A DNA stretch of 64,000 nucleotides from Acidimicrobiia bacterium (GCA_036271555.1 DATBAK010000015.1:1011-65010), one strand, 5' to 3'. Positions 29,890-43,659 are shown, counted from the first letter of the stretch. Translations and numbers: made by a program. The notes: generated by a model from the letters alone, not told the origin.

Positions 29890-30386
29890 CGGCACTCCTG
29901 TTCGTCGCGCTCGCACGCGACCCGCAGCTTCGCCAGCGCCCGCGCGGAGTTGCTCTTCACGGTCCCGACTGCGACCCCGAGCGCGACCGCGGTCTGCGTC
30001 TCGGTGAGGTCGTCGTAGTAGCGGAGCACGACCGTCGCGCGCTCGACAACGGTGAGCGTTGCGAGCGCGCGCGCCACGACGTCGGCGCGCGTGAGCGCGT
30101 CGACGCGGTCGTCGACGCCGACATCGGGCGGCTCCGCGACCGGGTGCTCGTGGGTCGAGCGCTTGCGCCACCAGTCGGTTCGCGTGTTCAGCATGATCCG
30201 GCGGACGTAGGCCAGCGGATCGGCACGCCGCTCCCGACCCCACACCGCGTAGAGCTTCAGCAACGCGGTCTGTACGAGATCCTCGGCCTGCTGCCGGTCA
30301 CCGAGCAAGAGCTCCCCCGTCCGCAGCAGGCGCGGCGAGCTGACCTCGACGAACTCGACGAACTCCCGATCCCGCGACCCGCGCAT
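29886..30386 (-). CDS. ECF sigma factor (SigE-like)
   Basis: AEDLVQTAL, VVLRYYDDL and GTVKS..RALAKLR. Confidence 0.92.
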   Translation of the reverse strand: MRGSRDREFVEFVEVSSPRLLRTGELLLGDRQQAEDLVQTALLKLYAVWGRERRADPLAYVRRIMLNTRTDWWRKRSTHEHPVAEPPDVGVDDRVDALTRADVVARALATLTVVERATVVLRYYDDLTETQTAVALGVAVGTVKSNSARALAKLRVACERDEQECR

Positions 30387-30439
30387 CTGCGACCTCCACC
30401 TCCCCAGACGAGGTCAGCGCACGAAATGGTTGTCCGCGA

Positions 30440-31354
30440 TCAGTGCGACACGATGAACAGGACGGCGACCAGCGTGTTCACGGCGCAGTGCGCCCAGGTC
30501 CCCGGACCCAAGCGTCGCCAGCGGTACGCGGCGAAGCCGAGCACGAGCCCGGCCGCGGCACGGACGACGACACCCGGCTCGTTCGCCCGGCCGAGTCCCG
30601 GTGTGTAGTGGTAGATGCCGAAGAGCGCCGCCTGCACGACAACGGCCCACCCGACCGTCATCCGCGCGCTCAGCGAACGGAGCAGTGCGCCGCGGAACGC
30701 GAGCTCCTCGATGAGTGGCGCGAGCACGGCAAGGGCGACACCGACTTCGATGAGCGCGACGACGGGAAGGTGCGCGTAGGCGTTCCGGAGTGCGCGGTCG
30801 GTGTGGGTGATCCGGTCGTCCTTCGCCCATGGCGAGTTCGCCACCACCGATGCGATCAGCGCGAAGAACGCGACGAGCAGCCCTCGAAAGACGTCGGTCG
30901 GCCGCATCCTCCACCCGAAGTCCTCGACGAGGCTGCCGGTGCCGAAGCGTCGGCTGACCGCGACGCAGGTTGCGAAGATCCCGCCGTACGCCGGAACGTA
31001 GAACAGTGCGATGGCGACCGCCGCGGACACATGCGCGTGGTCGACGAGGTACTCCGAGAGGAGCTCCGACCCGACGACGCTCACGAGGATGCCGGCGATC
31101 GTCCACCACGCGACCGCGAAGGGCAGCGTCGGATACGGCTCGGTCGCGAGCTCGGGAACCGATGGTTTCACGGCGTCCGTGTAGGGCGTCCACTGCGCCC
31201 CGTCCCACCAGCGACGCGGCGCGGTACCCGACGGGTCGGGGTGCCACCCGGGCGCGGGTGCCGACACGTGCGCCGTCCATTGCGCGCCGTCCCACCATCT
31301 CGTCGGCGCGACGTTCCAAGGATCCGGGTACCACCCGCTCGGCGTCGCGCTCAC
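30440..31354 (-). CDS. CPBP (Abi/CAAX) intramembrane metalloprotease with two N-terminal DUF2510-like repeats
   Basis: EELAFRG, FGIYH and HCAVN; twice GW(Y/H)PDP..RWWDGAQWT. Confidence 0.85.
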   Translation of the reverse strand: MSATPSGWYPDPWNVAPTRWWDGAQWTAHVSAPAPGWHPDPSGTAPRRWWDGAQWTPYTDAVKPSVPELATEPYPTLPFAVAWWTIAGILVSVVGSELLSEYLVDHAHVSAAVAIALFYVPAYGGIFATCVAVSRRFGTGSLVEDFGWRMRPTDVFRGLLVAFFALIASVVANSPWAKDDRITHTDRALRNAYAHLPVVALIEVGVALAVLAPLIEELAFRGALLRSLSARMTVGWAVVVQAALFGIYHYTPGLGRANEPGVVVRAAAGLVLGFAAYRWRRLGPGTWAHCAVNTLVAVLFIVSH

Positions 31355-31372
31355 GGCGCGAGCTTCGCAGGC

Positions 31373-33211
31373 TCAGATCCGCGTGGGGTCGACCTCGACG
31401 TGGAGCCGACCGGCGGCGCGCCCGGCCGGGACCGCGGTGGCGAGCGCGTCGGCGAGCGTGTCGGGATCGGACGCGCGCACCAGAGCCCGCGCGGTTGCGG
31501 CGCGGTGGTCGGGGCCGAGGACGTCGACCGCGGGTGCACTCGCGCGCAGTGCGTCGGCGACCGCGTCGACCGCGTCCGTCGCACCCGACAGCTCGGCGAG
31601 CCCACCGAACGGTGGGAAGCGCAGCGCCCGCCGGCGCGCACGTTCGGCGTCGGCGACGCTCGCGGGATCGCCGGCCCCTGCCGCGCGCACGACGTCGTGC
31701 TCCGGAAGGCGCGTCTGGATCAAGAGCCTCGTGCGCGAACGGTCGTGCGCGGCGACGAGCCGCGCCGCGCGCACGATCAGCCACAGCGCCTGTTCAGCGG
31801 CGCGAGCACGCGTCGCGAGCAGCTCCTGATCGAAGTCGAGGAAGGCGACGAACGTCGGTCGCCGGCGCCGCACCTCGACGCGATGCAGCACGGCTTCGGT
31901 CCCGATGAAGATGTCGGCGCTCGCCGCGTCGTCGTCCGACAACTCCGTGGCCGCGTCGATCTCGACGACGCGCGCACCCGGAATCAGCGCCGCGAGCTCC
32001 TGACCGACACGCGTGACTCCCGCGCGCAGCACGCGCAGGCGCGTCCCGCCGCAGTGCGGGCAGACGTCGGGACGCGGGGCCGGCGTCGCGCCTGCCGGGG
32101 CTGCGATCTCGTCGTCCCACACCGGAGCGCCGTCGCGATCCCAGCGCACGAGCCGATGGCACGTGTCGCAGGCAAGCAGGCGGACTCGCCCCCGCCGGTT
32201 CAGCACACAGACCGCCGCGCCACCCGCGGCGCGCGTCTCGCGCAGTCCGGCCGCCAGCCGCTCCGACAACAAGCCCGCGCCCGGCGGTTCCTCGCGCCGG
32301 TCGACGACGTCGACGCGCGGCCACCCCGACGCCTCGACCGTGCGCGCCGGCGCGTGCACCGCACCCCCGAGCACCTCGGCCTCGACGGTCGGCGCGGCCG
32401 AGACGACGGCGAAACGCGCGCCGGCTCGCGCCGCGCGCTCTGCGAGCAGGTCGCGCGCGTGCCAGGTCGGAGAACGCTCCTCCTGCAGCGCCTCGTCGGC
32501 GTCGTCGACGACGATCGCGCACCGCAGATCGGGAACCGGGCTGAGCGCGGCGACCCGGCCACCGACGACGACGATCCGTCCATCGGCGGCCGCGGCCCAC
32601 GCGCGCGTCCGCTCGGCCGCGGGAAGATCCGAGTGCGCGAGGACCGCGCGCACGCCGGCACGCGTCAGCCACTGCACCAACCCGTGGCCGCGCGCGGCGT
32701 CCGCCACCACGACGATGCTCGAGCCGTCGGACGCAAGGAGCGCGCCGACGAGCGTGCGCCGGTCGAGCAACGGCGGCCAGCGCACCGCCGCACGGTCGAG
32801 ATCGCGCACCTCCGAAGCGAGCGCGAGCGCGTCCCGTTCGCCCTCGGGCCACGCGTCCGGCACGACCGGTCCGTGACGCGCACCGTCGACCGCGCGCACG
32901 TTGTTCGGTGGCGACGCGCTCCGCAGCATCGCGACCCGCGAGCCACACCAGCGGTGCGCAGCCCACTCGCTCAGCGCGACGACCGATTCTGGTGGACCGG
33001 CCGACACGACCCCGAGGAGCGGCCGCAGCGCGTCGTGTTCGACCTCGCTCTCGACGTCGTCGTCGATCACCCAGCCGCGCACGCGCCGGCCGTGCAGGCC
33101 GACGCGCACGATCGTGCCGACGCGTACGGCGCCGACCATCGCTTCCGGCACCGAGTAGTCGAACGCGCGCGTCACCGCGACGACATCCGGAACGACGCGA
33201 CACGTATTCAT
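31373..33211 (-). CDS. priA: primosomal protein N'-like (degenerate PriA)
   Basis: FDYSVP N-domain, QEERSPTWHARD, LNRRG, LIQT and R....FPPF; follows metK. Confidence 0.85.
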   Translation of the reverse strand: MNTCRVVPDVVAVTRAFDYSVPEAMVGAVRVGTIVRVGLHGRRVRGWVIDDDVESEVEHDALRPLLGVVSAGPPESVVALSEWAAHRWCGSRVAMLRSASPPNNVRAVDGARHGPVVPDAWPEGERDALALASEVRDLDRAAVRWPPLLDRRTLVGALLASDGSSIVVVADAARGHGLVQWLTRAGVRAVLAHSDLPAAERTRAWAAAADGRIVVVGGRVAALSPVPDLRCAIVVDDADEALQEERSPTWHARDLLAERAARAGARFAVVSAAPTVEAEVLGGAVHAPARTVEASGWPRVDVVDRREEPPGAGLLSERLAAGLRETRAAGGAAVCVLNRRGRVRLLACDTCHRLVRWDRDGAPVWDDEIAAPAGATPAPRPDVCPHCGGTRLRVLRAGVTRVGQELAALIPGARVVEIDAATELSDDDAASADIFIGTEAVLHRVEVRRRRPTFVAFLDFDQELLATRARAAEQALWLIVRAARLVAAHDRSRTRLLIQTRLPEHDVVRAAGAGDPASVADAERARRRALRFPPFGGLAELSGATDAVDAVADALRASAPAVDVLGPDHRAATARALVRASDPDTLADALATAVPAGRAAGRLHVEVDPTRI

Positions 33212-33300
33212 GGTCGGGCTCGCAAGCTTCGCCCTCCTCGACGCCTCGGCCGCCGGCCGAGGCCGCGCTGCTCGCTCCGCTCACGCGCTCAGGCGGGAAC
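33211..33300 (+). repeat. REP-like repeat, family A (tail A2)
   Basis: TGGTCGGGCTCGCAAGCTTCGCCCTCCTCGACGCCTC plus GAGGCCGCGCTGCTCGCTCCGCTCACGCGCTCAGGCGGGAAC. Confidence 0.9.
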
Positions 33301-33323
33301 GCACACTGACTTCGTGAGCGGGA

Positions 33324-34529
33324 CTACGCGACGCTCTCCGCGGCGGCCTTCAGCTGGCCGGCGTAGGGCTCGGTGTTCTCCCACGTGAACCCGTCACCGC
33401 CGTCGGTCCGGCCGAAGTGACCGTACGCCGCGGTCCGCTTGAAGATCGGGCGGCGCAGGTCGAGGCGCTCGATGATCGCCGCGGGCCGCATGTCGAACAC
33501 GTCGCGCACGATCGTCTCGAGCTTCTCGGGCGCGATCTCGCTCGTGCCGAACGTGTCGACCATGACCGACATCGGGTGCGCGACACCGATCGCGTACGCG
33601 ACCTGCGCCTCGCAACGCTTCGCGATGCCCGCGCTCACGACCGCCTTCGCGAGCTGCCGCACCGCGTACGCGGCGGAACGGTCGACCTTTGTCGGGTCCT
33701 TGCCCGAGAACGCGCCGCCGCCGTGGCGAGCCATTCCACCGTAGGTGTCGACGATGATCTTGCGACCCGTGAGACCGCAGTCGGCGTGCGGACCGCCGAG
33801 CTCGAACGCGCCGGTCGGGTTCACGAAGATCTCGAAGTCGTCGCCCGCGAACTGCTCGGGCAGCGCCGGCTTGATCACGTGCTCGATGAGCGCGGGGCGG
33901 ATGTCGCCCTCGATGCTGACGCCGGGATCGTGCTGCGTGGAGATGACGACGTTGATGAGCTTGCGGGGCACGCCGTCCTCGTACTCGATGCTCACCTGGG
34001 TCTTGCCGTCGGGGCGCAGGAAGTCGACGATGCGCTCGCGGCGCGCCTGCGCGAGGCGCTCGGCGAGCCGGTGCGCGAGCCAGATCGGCATCGGCATGAG
34101 GTCGGGCGTGTCGTCACACGCGTACCCGAACATCATTCCCTGGTCGCCGGCGCCGACCTCGTCGTAGTAGTCGGTGTTGCCGGCGCGCTGCTCGATCGCC
34201 TTGTCGACACCCTGCGCGATGTCGGGCGACTGCTCGTCGAGCGACACGATCACGCCGCAGGTCTTGCCGTCGATGCCGTAGTCGGCGTCCGTGTAGCCGA
34301 TGCCGCTGATCGTCTCGCGGGCGAGACGCGCGATGTCGACGTACGCCTTCGTGCTGATCTCCCCCGCGACCACGCAGAGGCCGGTCGTGACCATCGTCTC
34401 GCAGGCGACGCGCCCGTACGGGTCGTCGGCGAGCACGGCGTCGAGCACCGAGTCACTGATCTGGTCGGCCATCTTGTCCGGGTGACCCTCGGTGACCGAC
34501 TCCGAGGTGAAGGTGTGACGGTTGCTCAC
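33324..34529 (-). CDS. metK: S-adenosylmethionine synthase
   Basis: [33 protein letters not shown] and GGGAFSGKD. Confidence 0.98.
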   Translation of the reverse strand: MSNRHTFTSESVTEGHPDKMADQISDSVLDAVLADDPYGRVACETMVTTGLCVVAGEISTKAYVDIARLARETISGIGYTDADYGIDGKTCGVIVSLDEQSPDIAQGVDKAIEQRAGNTDYYDEVGAGDQGMMFGYACDDTPDLMPMPIWLAHRLAERLAQARRERIVDFLRPDGKTQVSIEYEDGVPRKLINVVISTQHDPGVSIEGDIRPALIEHVIKPALPEQFAGDDFEIFVNPTGAFELGGPHADCGLTGRKIIVDTYGGMARHGGGAFSGKDPTKVDRSAAYAVRQLAKAVVSAGIAKRCEAQVAYAIGVAHPMSVMVDTFGTSEIAPEKLETIVRDVFDMRPAAIIERLDLRRPIFKRTAAYGHFGRTDGGDGFTWENTEPYAGQLKAAAESVA

Positions 34530-35797
34530 GAATGCTCCTTGGGTGTTACCGAACCGTTGGCGCGCGGCGCCGCGTCCTGGGAGTCGAGCGAGTCGAGCGG
34601 AACGAGCGCGGAGACGATGCGATCGAGGATGACGCCGGCCAGCGCGGACTTGCTCATGAGCGGCAGCTCGTCGATCCGGCCCGCGGAGTCAAGCAGGACC
34701 GCACGGTTCGTGTCGACCTCGAAGCCGGCGTCGGGCTGGGTGACGTCGTTGGCGACGATGAGGTCGACCCGCTTGGCGCCGAGCTTCGCGGCGGCGTTGG
34801 CGCAGACGTCGTCGGTCTCCGCAGCGAAGCCGACGAGCACCTGGCCGGCGGGCTTGGCGGCGCCGAGCGCCGCGAGGATGTCGGGGGTGCGCTCGAGCTC
34901 GATCTCGGGCACGCCGTCGGCCTTCTTGAGCTTGGACGGCGCGACCGCGCGGGGCCGGAAGTCGGCGACCGCCGCGGCCATCACGATCGCGTCGGCGCGC
35001 CCGGCGACGGCCTCGATCGCGTCGGCCATCTGCTGTGCGGTCTCGACGCGCACGACGTCGACGCCGCTCGGGATTCCGACGCTCGCGGTGGTGACGAGCA
35101 TCACCGCGGCACCGCGCGCGGCCGCGGCGCCCGCGATCGCGTGACCCATCTTCCCCGACGAGCGGTTGCCGACGAAACGCACCGGATCGATCGGCTCGCG
35201 CGTGCCGCCCGCGGTCACGACCACTCGCCGGCCCTCGAGGTCGCGCGCACGCCCGAGCAGATCGAGCGCGGCCGCGACGATGACGTCGGGGTCGGCGAGC
35301 CGTCCCGCGCCGACGTCGCCACCCGCGAGCCGCCCGGCTTCGGGCGCCACGACGTGCACGCCGCGTCGGCGCAATGTCGCGAGGTTCTCCTGCACCGCAG
35401 GGTGCTCCCACATCTCGGTGTGCATCGCCGGCGCGATCACCACCGGCGCGCGCGTCGCGAGCAGTGTTGCGGTGAGCAGGTCGTTCGAGAGTCCCATCGC
35501 GTACGCGGCGATCAGTCGCGCGGTCGCGGGCGCGACGAGCACGAGGTCGGCGTGCTGACCGAGCCGCGTGTGCGGGATCGGATCGGGACCCTCGAGCAGC
35601 TCCGTGCGCACGGGTTCCGACGCGAGCGCGGAGAACGTGAGCGGCCCGACGAAGCGCGTCGCGGACTGCGTCATCACCGGGCTGACGAACACACCCGCGT
35701 CGACGAGCCGCCGGCAGACCTCGACGGCCTTGTACGCGGCGATGCCACCGCACACGCCGAGCACGACACGCGGCGCGCCACCGTCTGGCGCGGTCAC
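34526..35797 (-). CDS. coaBC: phosphopantothenoylcysteine decarboxylase/ligase
   Basis: [37 protein letters not shown] and GFAAET; start chosen from an AGGAAG SD. Confidence 0.95.
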   Translation of the reverse strand: MTAPDGGAPRVVLGVCGGIAAYKAVEVCRRLVDAGVFVSPVMTQSATRFVGPLTFSALASEPVRTELLEGPDPIPHTRLGQHADLVLVAPATARLIAAYAMGLSNDLLTATLLATRAPVVIAPAMHTEMWEHPAVQENLATLRRRGVHVVAPEAGRLAGGDVGAGRLADPDVIVAAALDLLGRARDLEGRRVVVTAGGTREPIDPVRFVGNRSSGKMGHAIAGAAAARGAAVMLVTTASVGIPSGVDVVRVETAQQMADAIEAVAGRADAIVMAAAVADFRPRAVAPSKLKKADGVPEIELERTPDILAALGAAKPAGQVLVGFAAETDDVCANAAAKLGAKRVDLIVANDVTQPDAGFEVDTNRAVLLDSAGRIDELPLMSKSALAGVILDRIVSALVPLDSLDSQDAAPRANGSVTPKEHS

Positions 35798-35837
35798 GGC
35801 GAGCTTCCTCGCGACGGCTCCGGCCCGGACGTGAACG

Positions 35838-36173
35838 TCAGGCCGTGGCGTCGGACCCGCCGTCGGCGGGCTCGTCACTCGCCTCGGCGGCCTCGCCCTC
35901 GGCGGCGGCGGCGGCGTCTTCCTCGGACTCGATCCGCTCGTAGCGGATCTTGTGGGCGTCGATCTCCTCGAGCGCGATCGACAGCGGCTTGCGCGACACC
36001 GACGTCACCTGGGGCGGGACGATGCGGCCGAGACCCTCACCGAGCTGGTTGTAGTAGTCGTTGATCTCCCGGGCCCGCATTGCCGACAGCGTCACGAGGG
36101 TGAACTTCGAGTCGACCTGGTCCATGAGGTCCTCGACTCGGGGTTGCATCAGTGACGCTCGGCGCTCGGCCAT
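35838..36173 (-). CDS. rpoZ: RNA polymerase omega subunit
   Basis: DSKFTLV..RAREINDYY and KPLSIALEEI. Confidence 0.93.
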   Translation of the reverse strand: MAERRASLMQPRVEDLMDQVDSKFTLVTLSAMRAREINDYYNQLGEGLGRIVPPQVTSVSRKPLSIALEEIDAHKIRYERIESEEDAAAAAEGEAAEASDEPADGGSDATA

Positions 36174-36241
36174 GTGGGTCTCCGGGTTCGCAGGGGCTTC
36201 CGGGACGGACCCGGACGCAGAAAGAGCCGCTGACCTGCGGA

Positions 36242-36823
36242 TCAGGTGTCCGCGGCGGCCGCTCGGCGCCCGTCGAGGATAGCAGTGACCTCCGCCGCAG
36301 CCCGACCCACGTCGTCGTTGACGACGACGGCGTCGAACCGCCCGGCCTGCTGCTCCTCGGCCGCGGCGGCCGCCAGCCGGCGCTCGATCTGCTCGGGGGT
36401 GTCCTGGCCCCGTTTCAGCAGCCGCTCCCGCTGGACCTCCCGAGACGGCGGCCGCACGAACACGAGCAGCGCGTCGGGATAGCGCTCCCGCACCGCGAGC
36501 GCGCCCTGCACGTCGATCTCGAGCAGCACGTCCTCGCCGTTGGCGAGGTGGTCGCGCACCGGTCCGTCGGGTGTCCCCTTCAGATCTCCGTACACGTCGA
36601 ACCATTCGAGGAAGCCGCCGTCGTCGCGCAGCTTCTCGAACGCGTCGCGCGTCGTGAAGTGGTAGTCGACGCCGTCGACCTCACCGGGCCGCGCCGCGCG
36701 CGTCGTCCACGACACCGACCATCGCAACGACGGCACCGTCGCCTTGAGTCGCGCAACGATGCTGCCCTTGCCGACGCCGGACGGTCCGGCGAGCACCAGC
36801 AATGTTCCGCGTCGCATACGCAT
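36242..36823 (-). CDS. gmk: guanylate kinase
   Basis: GPSGVGKG, TTRAARPGEVDGVDYHF and EIDVQGA. Confidence 0.96.
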   Translation of the reverse strand: MRMRRGTLLVLAGPSGVGKGSIVARLKATVPSLRWSVSWTTRAARPGEVDGVDYHFTTRDAFEKLRDDGGFLEWFDVYGDLKGTPDGPVRDHLANGEDVLLEIDVQGALAVRERYPDALLVFVRPPSREVQRERLLKRGQDTPEQIERRLAAAAAEEQQAGRFDAVVVNDDVGRAAAEVTAILDGRRAAAADT

Positions 36824-36850
36824 ACGCGTGCGGCGCGCGCCGACGCGTCG

Positions 36851-37183
36851 CTAGACCTGACCGAACTTCTCGAGCAACGCGCGTCGCTGGTTCGCACCGA
36901 GCCCGCGCAGGCGACGACTCTCGGAGATCTCGAGCTCTTCCATCAGCTTGCGCGCGCGCACCTTGCCGACACCCGGCAACGACTCCAGCACACTCACGAC
37001 CTTGAGCTTGGCGAGCATCTCGCTCTCCGGATCGGGCTTGTCGAGTTGCTCGAAGAGCTCCGTGAGGTTCAGGCCGCCCATCTTGAGCTTCTCCTTCACC
37101 TCCGCGCGCTGGCGCCGCGCGATGGCCGCCTTCTCGAGCGCCTGCTGACGTTGCTCCGGTGTGAGCGTGGGCGGGTTCGGCAT
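36851..37183 (-). CDS. mihF: actinobacterial integration host factor
   Basis: LTPEQRQQALEKA, LESLPGVGKVRA and SRRLRGLG. Confidence 0.95.
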   Translation of the reverse strand: MPNPPTLTPEQRQQALEKAAIARRQRAEVKEKLKMGGLNLTELFEQLDKPDPESEMLAKLKVVSVLESLPGVGKVRARKLMEELEISESRRLRGLGANQRRALLEKFGQV

Positions 37184-37347
37184 CGGCGGCGTCCTTCGTG
37201 TTGCGGGCAGGGAAGTCGTTTGTGGCACCCGGTTTCGCGGTCTCCGGGCCACGATCGGCTGAGCATACAAGCCTCGCTCGACGCCACAACGAGAGCGCCC
37301 CTTGCAGAGGACGGGCGTTTGCGCTACACGCGATTCCTCAACGTTTC

Positions 37348-38049
37348 TCAGCTTCCGGACGACGCGAGCGCGGCCGCGACCTCGTCGTGCAGCCGTTGTG
37401 CGGCGGCGCGCGGGTCGGTGGCCGCGGTGACGGTCCGGCCGACGACGAGCACGTCGGCGCCCGCGGCCGCGACCGCGCCGGGCGTGCCGACGCGCGCCTG
37501 GTCGTCGACGTCGGAGCCGGCCATGCGCACGCCGGGGACGATCGTGACGAGCTGAGGCGCGCTCGCGCGCACACGCGCGAGCTCCTGCACCGAGCACACG
37601 ACACCGCGACACTGCGCGTCGAGCGCGGCCTCCAGACGCGCGTCGAACGCCGACACGTCCGGATCACTCGTCAACACCGTGACCGCGATCGGCGTCGGTG
37701 CTTCGACGCCCGCTTCCGCGGCGCCTTCGACCATGCCCTGCACGCCCGCGCTGAGCATCTCGACACCACCGGCGGCGTGCAGGTTCAGGTACGCGAGCCC
37801 GAGCCGCCCGAGCACGCGCGCGGCGCGACCCACCGTCGTCGGGATGTCGTGCAGCTTCGCGTCGAGGAACACCTCGAAGCCGTCGGCGCGCAGCGCGCGC
37901 ACCGCGTCGGGACCCGCGGCGCCGTACAGCTCGAGCCCGATCTTGGCGACGCCGATCCACGGCGCGAGCTCGCCCGCGACCCGGCGGGCGTGGTCGAGAT
38001 CATCGACGTCGAGCGCGAGCGCCAACCGTCGGCGTACCTCGTCTGCCAT
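37348..38049 (-). CDS. pyrF: orotidine-5'-phosphate decarboxylase
   Basis: LALD, KIGLEL, FLDAKLHDIPTTV, VPGVR and VVGR; GGAGG SD. Confidence 0.96.
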   Translation of the reverse strand: MADEVRRRLALALDVDDLDHARRVAGELAPWIGVAKIGLELYGAAGPDAVRALRADGFEVFLDAKLHDIPTTVGRAARVLGRLGLAYLNLHAAGGVEMLSAGVQGMVEGAAEAGVEAPTPIAVTVLTSDPDVSAFDARLEAALDAQCRGVVCSVQELARVRASAPQLVTIVPGVRMAGSDVDDQARVGTPGAVAAAGADVLVVGRTVTAATDPRAAAQRLHDEVAAALASSGS

Positions 38050-38058
38050 CACACATCC

Positions 38059-38203
38059 TCCATCTTGGTCGTGCTCGCATGCGCTTCGCCGTTGCGCCGC
38101 GCACTCGTCCGGCCGGTTGCGATCACTCCGCTTCCATCTTGGTCGTGCTCGCATGCGCTTCGCCGTTGCGCCGCGCACTCGTCCGCTCGGTTGCGATCAC
38201 TCC
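38059..38203. repeat. tandem direct repeat (2 x 71 bp, period 74), family C, encoding two chained 25-aa mini-ORFs on the minus strand
   Basis: TCCATCTTGGTCGTGCTCGCATGCGCTTCGCCGTTGCGCCGCGCACTCGTCCG..CGGTTGCGATCACTCC at 38059 and 38133; mini-ORFs 38123-38200 and 38049-38126. Confidence 0.9.
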
Positions 38204-39144
38204 TCCAGCTTGCCGATCAGATCCGTGACCCGCTCGACGCCGCGCTTCGCGCACCAGCGCGTCAGCTCCTCGACGATGCGGCGCGGCGCGCGCGGGTCGG
38301 CGAAGGTCGCGGTGCCCACACCGACCGCGCTCGCCCCCGCGAGCAGCATCTCGACCGCCTCGACCCCGCGCGTCACACCGCCGGTGCCGATGATCGCGAC
38401 GCCGGGGTACGCGCGGCTGACGTCGTGAACCGCGCGCAGCGCGATCGGGTGGATCGGCGGACCCGACAGCCCCCCACCACCGGCGCCGAGGCGCGCCCGC
38501 CGCGTGTCGGCGTCGACGACGAGGCCGAGAACCGTGTTCACGAGCGTCAGGCCGTCGGCACCCGCGTCGAGCGCGGCACCCGCGATCTCGCGCACGTCGG
38601 TGACGTTCGGCGAGAGCTTCGCGAAGATCGGGAACGCACCCGCGAGCGCCTCCCGCACCGCGGTGAGCGCGGCGGTCGTCGTCTCGGGCGCGTGGGCGAA
38701 GATGCGGCGCCGGTCCTCGAGGTTCGGACAGCTCAGGTTCACCTCGACCGCTTGGACGCGTGCGTCGCCGGCGAGCGCGCGCAACGGGGCCGCGGCCGCG
38801 GCGTACTCCTCGACCGTGCGGCCCCAGATCGACACGATCACACGGGCACCCCGCGCGAGCAGCGGCGGCAGATCCTGCGCGAGCCACGCGTCGATGCCGG
38901 GCCCGGCGAGGCCGACGGAGTTCAGCATGCCGCCGCCGGGCGCCTCGGTGACACGCAGGCCGTTGTTCCCGGGCCAGGGGAAGGCGGCGATCGACTTCAC
39001 CGTCACCGCGCCGAGCTCACTCGGATCGCACAGCGCCGCGAGCTCGGCACCGTGGCCGAACGTGCCCGAGGCCGCGACGATCGGGTTCGCCAACGCGAGC
39101 GGCCCGACCTTGGTCGAGAGATCGGGGGTGACGCGGACCCTCAC
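38197..39144 (-). CDS. pyrD: dihydroorotate dehydrogenase, family 1B-type catalytic subunit
   Basis: ASGTFG, MLNSVGL, EVNLSCPN, KLSPNV, NT and GGLSGP. Confidence 0.94.
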   Translation of the reverse strand: MRVRVTPDLSTKVGPLALANPIVAASGTFGHGAELAALCDPSELGAVTVKSIAAFPWPGNNGLRVTEAPGGGMLNSVGLAGPGIDAWLAQDLPPLLARGARVIVSIWGRTVEEYAAAAAPLRALAGDARVQAVEVNLSCPNLEDRRRIFAHAPETTTAALTAVREALAGAFPIFAKLSPNVTDVREIAGAALDAGADGLTLVNTVLGLVVDADTRRARLGAGGGGLSGPPIHPIALRAVHDVSRAYPGVAIIGTGGVTRGVEAVEMLLAGASAVGVGTATFADPRAPRRIVEELTRWCAKRGVERVTDLIGKLEE

Positions 39145-39244
39145 GTGCTCACACCTCGATCCCGCCAGAACGGACGGGTCGCTTCGCGACCCGTCCGACC
39201 GGGAGGCTGAGGCGTCGAGGACGGCGAAGCTTGCGAGCCCGACC

Positions 39245-39248
<4 letters not shown>
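39141..39248 (-). other. putative relay mini-ORF (35 aa) spanning a family A repeat (39160-39243) between carB and pyrD
   Basis: ATGA overlap with the carB stop and GTGA overlap with the pyrD start; [35 protein letters not shown]. Confidence 0.55.
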
Positions 39249-42558
<3,310 letters not shown>

Positions 42559-42559
<1 letters not shown>

Positions 42560-43650
42560 CAGCCGGCCCGCTCCATGAGGTCGAGGAACTCGCCGAAGAG
42601 GTAGCGCGCGTCGTGCGGACCGGGTCCGGCTTCGGGGTGGTACTGCACGGAGAAGCAGCGCCGGTCGGGCGTGGCGACGCCTTCGATGTCGCCGTCGTTG
42701 AGATTGAGGTGCGTGACGACCGTGCCTTCCGGGAGCGACGCGCCGTCGACCGCGTAGTTGTGGTTCTGGCTCGTGATCTCGACCTGGTCGTCGGCGACGC
42801 GTCGCACCGGATGGTTCGCGCCGTGATGCCCGAACGGCAGCTTGAACGTCCGCGCGCCGAGCGCGAGCGACATGATCTGGTGTCCGAGGCAGATGCCGAA
42901 CACCGGCACCTCGCCGAGCAGTGCTCCGACCTGATCGATCGCGCCCTTCACGGCCGCGGGATCGCCGGGACCGTTCGAGAGGAACACGCCGTCGGGCTCG
43001 CGCCCGAGAACCGCTTCCGCGGTCGTGGACGCGGGGACGACCTCGACCTGGCACCCGGTGAGCACGAGCCGGCGCAGGATCGACGCCTTGATCCCGAAGT
43101 CGTACGCGACGACGGAGAACCGCGCGTCGGTCGGACCGACCACGTACGGCTGGCGCGTCGTCACCTCGTTCGCGAGGTCGCGGCCGTCGGTGCCACCGTC
43201 GGCGCGTGCGGCGCTGAGCAACGCCTCTTCGTCGGCGGTGCCGAACGCGCCCGGGATCGCACCGGCATCGCGGATGTGACGTGTGAGCCGGCGAGTGTCG
43301 ATGCCCGCGATCGCGCTGACACCGTGGCGCGCGAGGTACGCGTCGAGCGAATCGGTCGCGCGCCAATTCGACGGCCGGCGCGCGAGGTCGCGCACGATGA
43401 TCCCGCGCAGGAAGGGCGCGTCGTGCTCGTCGTCGTCGGCGTTCACGCCGTAGTTGCCGATGTGCGGATACGTGAACGTGACGATCTGGCCCGCGTACGA
43501 CGGGTCGGTGATGATCTCCTGGTAGCCGGCCATCGCGGTGTTGAACACGACCTCGCCCGCGACGACACCGTCCGGCGGGCGCGCGCCCACGGCCCAACCT
43601 TCGAACACCTCGCCGTCGGCCAGCACCAGCTGCGCCGCTTCTCGAGCCAT
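42559..43650 (-). CDS. carA: carbamoyl-phosphate synthase small subunit
   Basis: [22 protein letters not shown] and QYHPEA. Confidence 0.98.
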
Positions 43651-43659
43651 CTCTCGGGT

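Noticed and set aside
31351..31380. Possible relay ORF between priA and the CPBP gene
   Set aside because: A frame does stop on the CPBP GTGA, but it has no start codon overlapping the priA stop (CTGA).
25044..34560. FMN riboswitch before ribD or SAM riboswitch before metK
   Set aside because: Both genes overlap or abut upstream genes and no aptamer consensus is visible.
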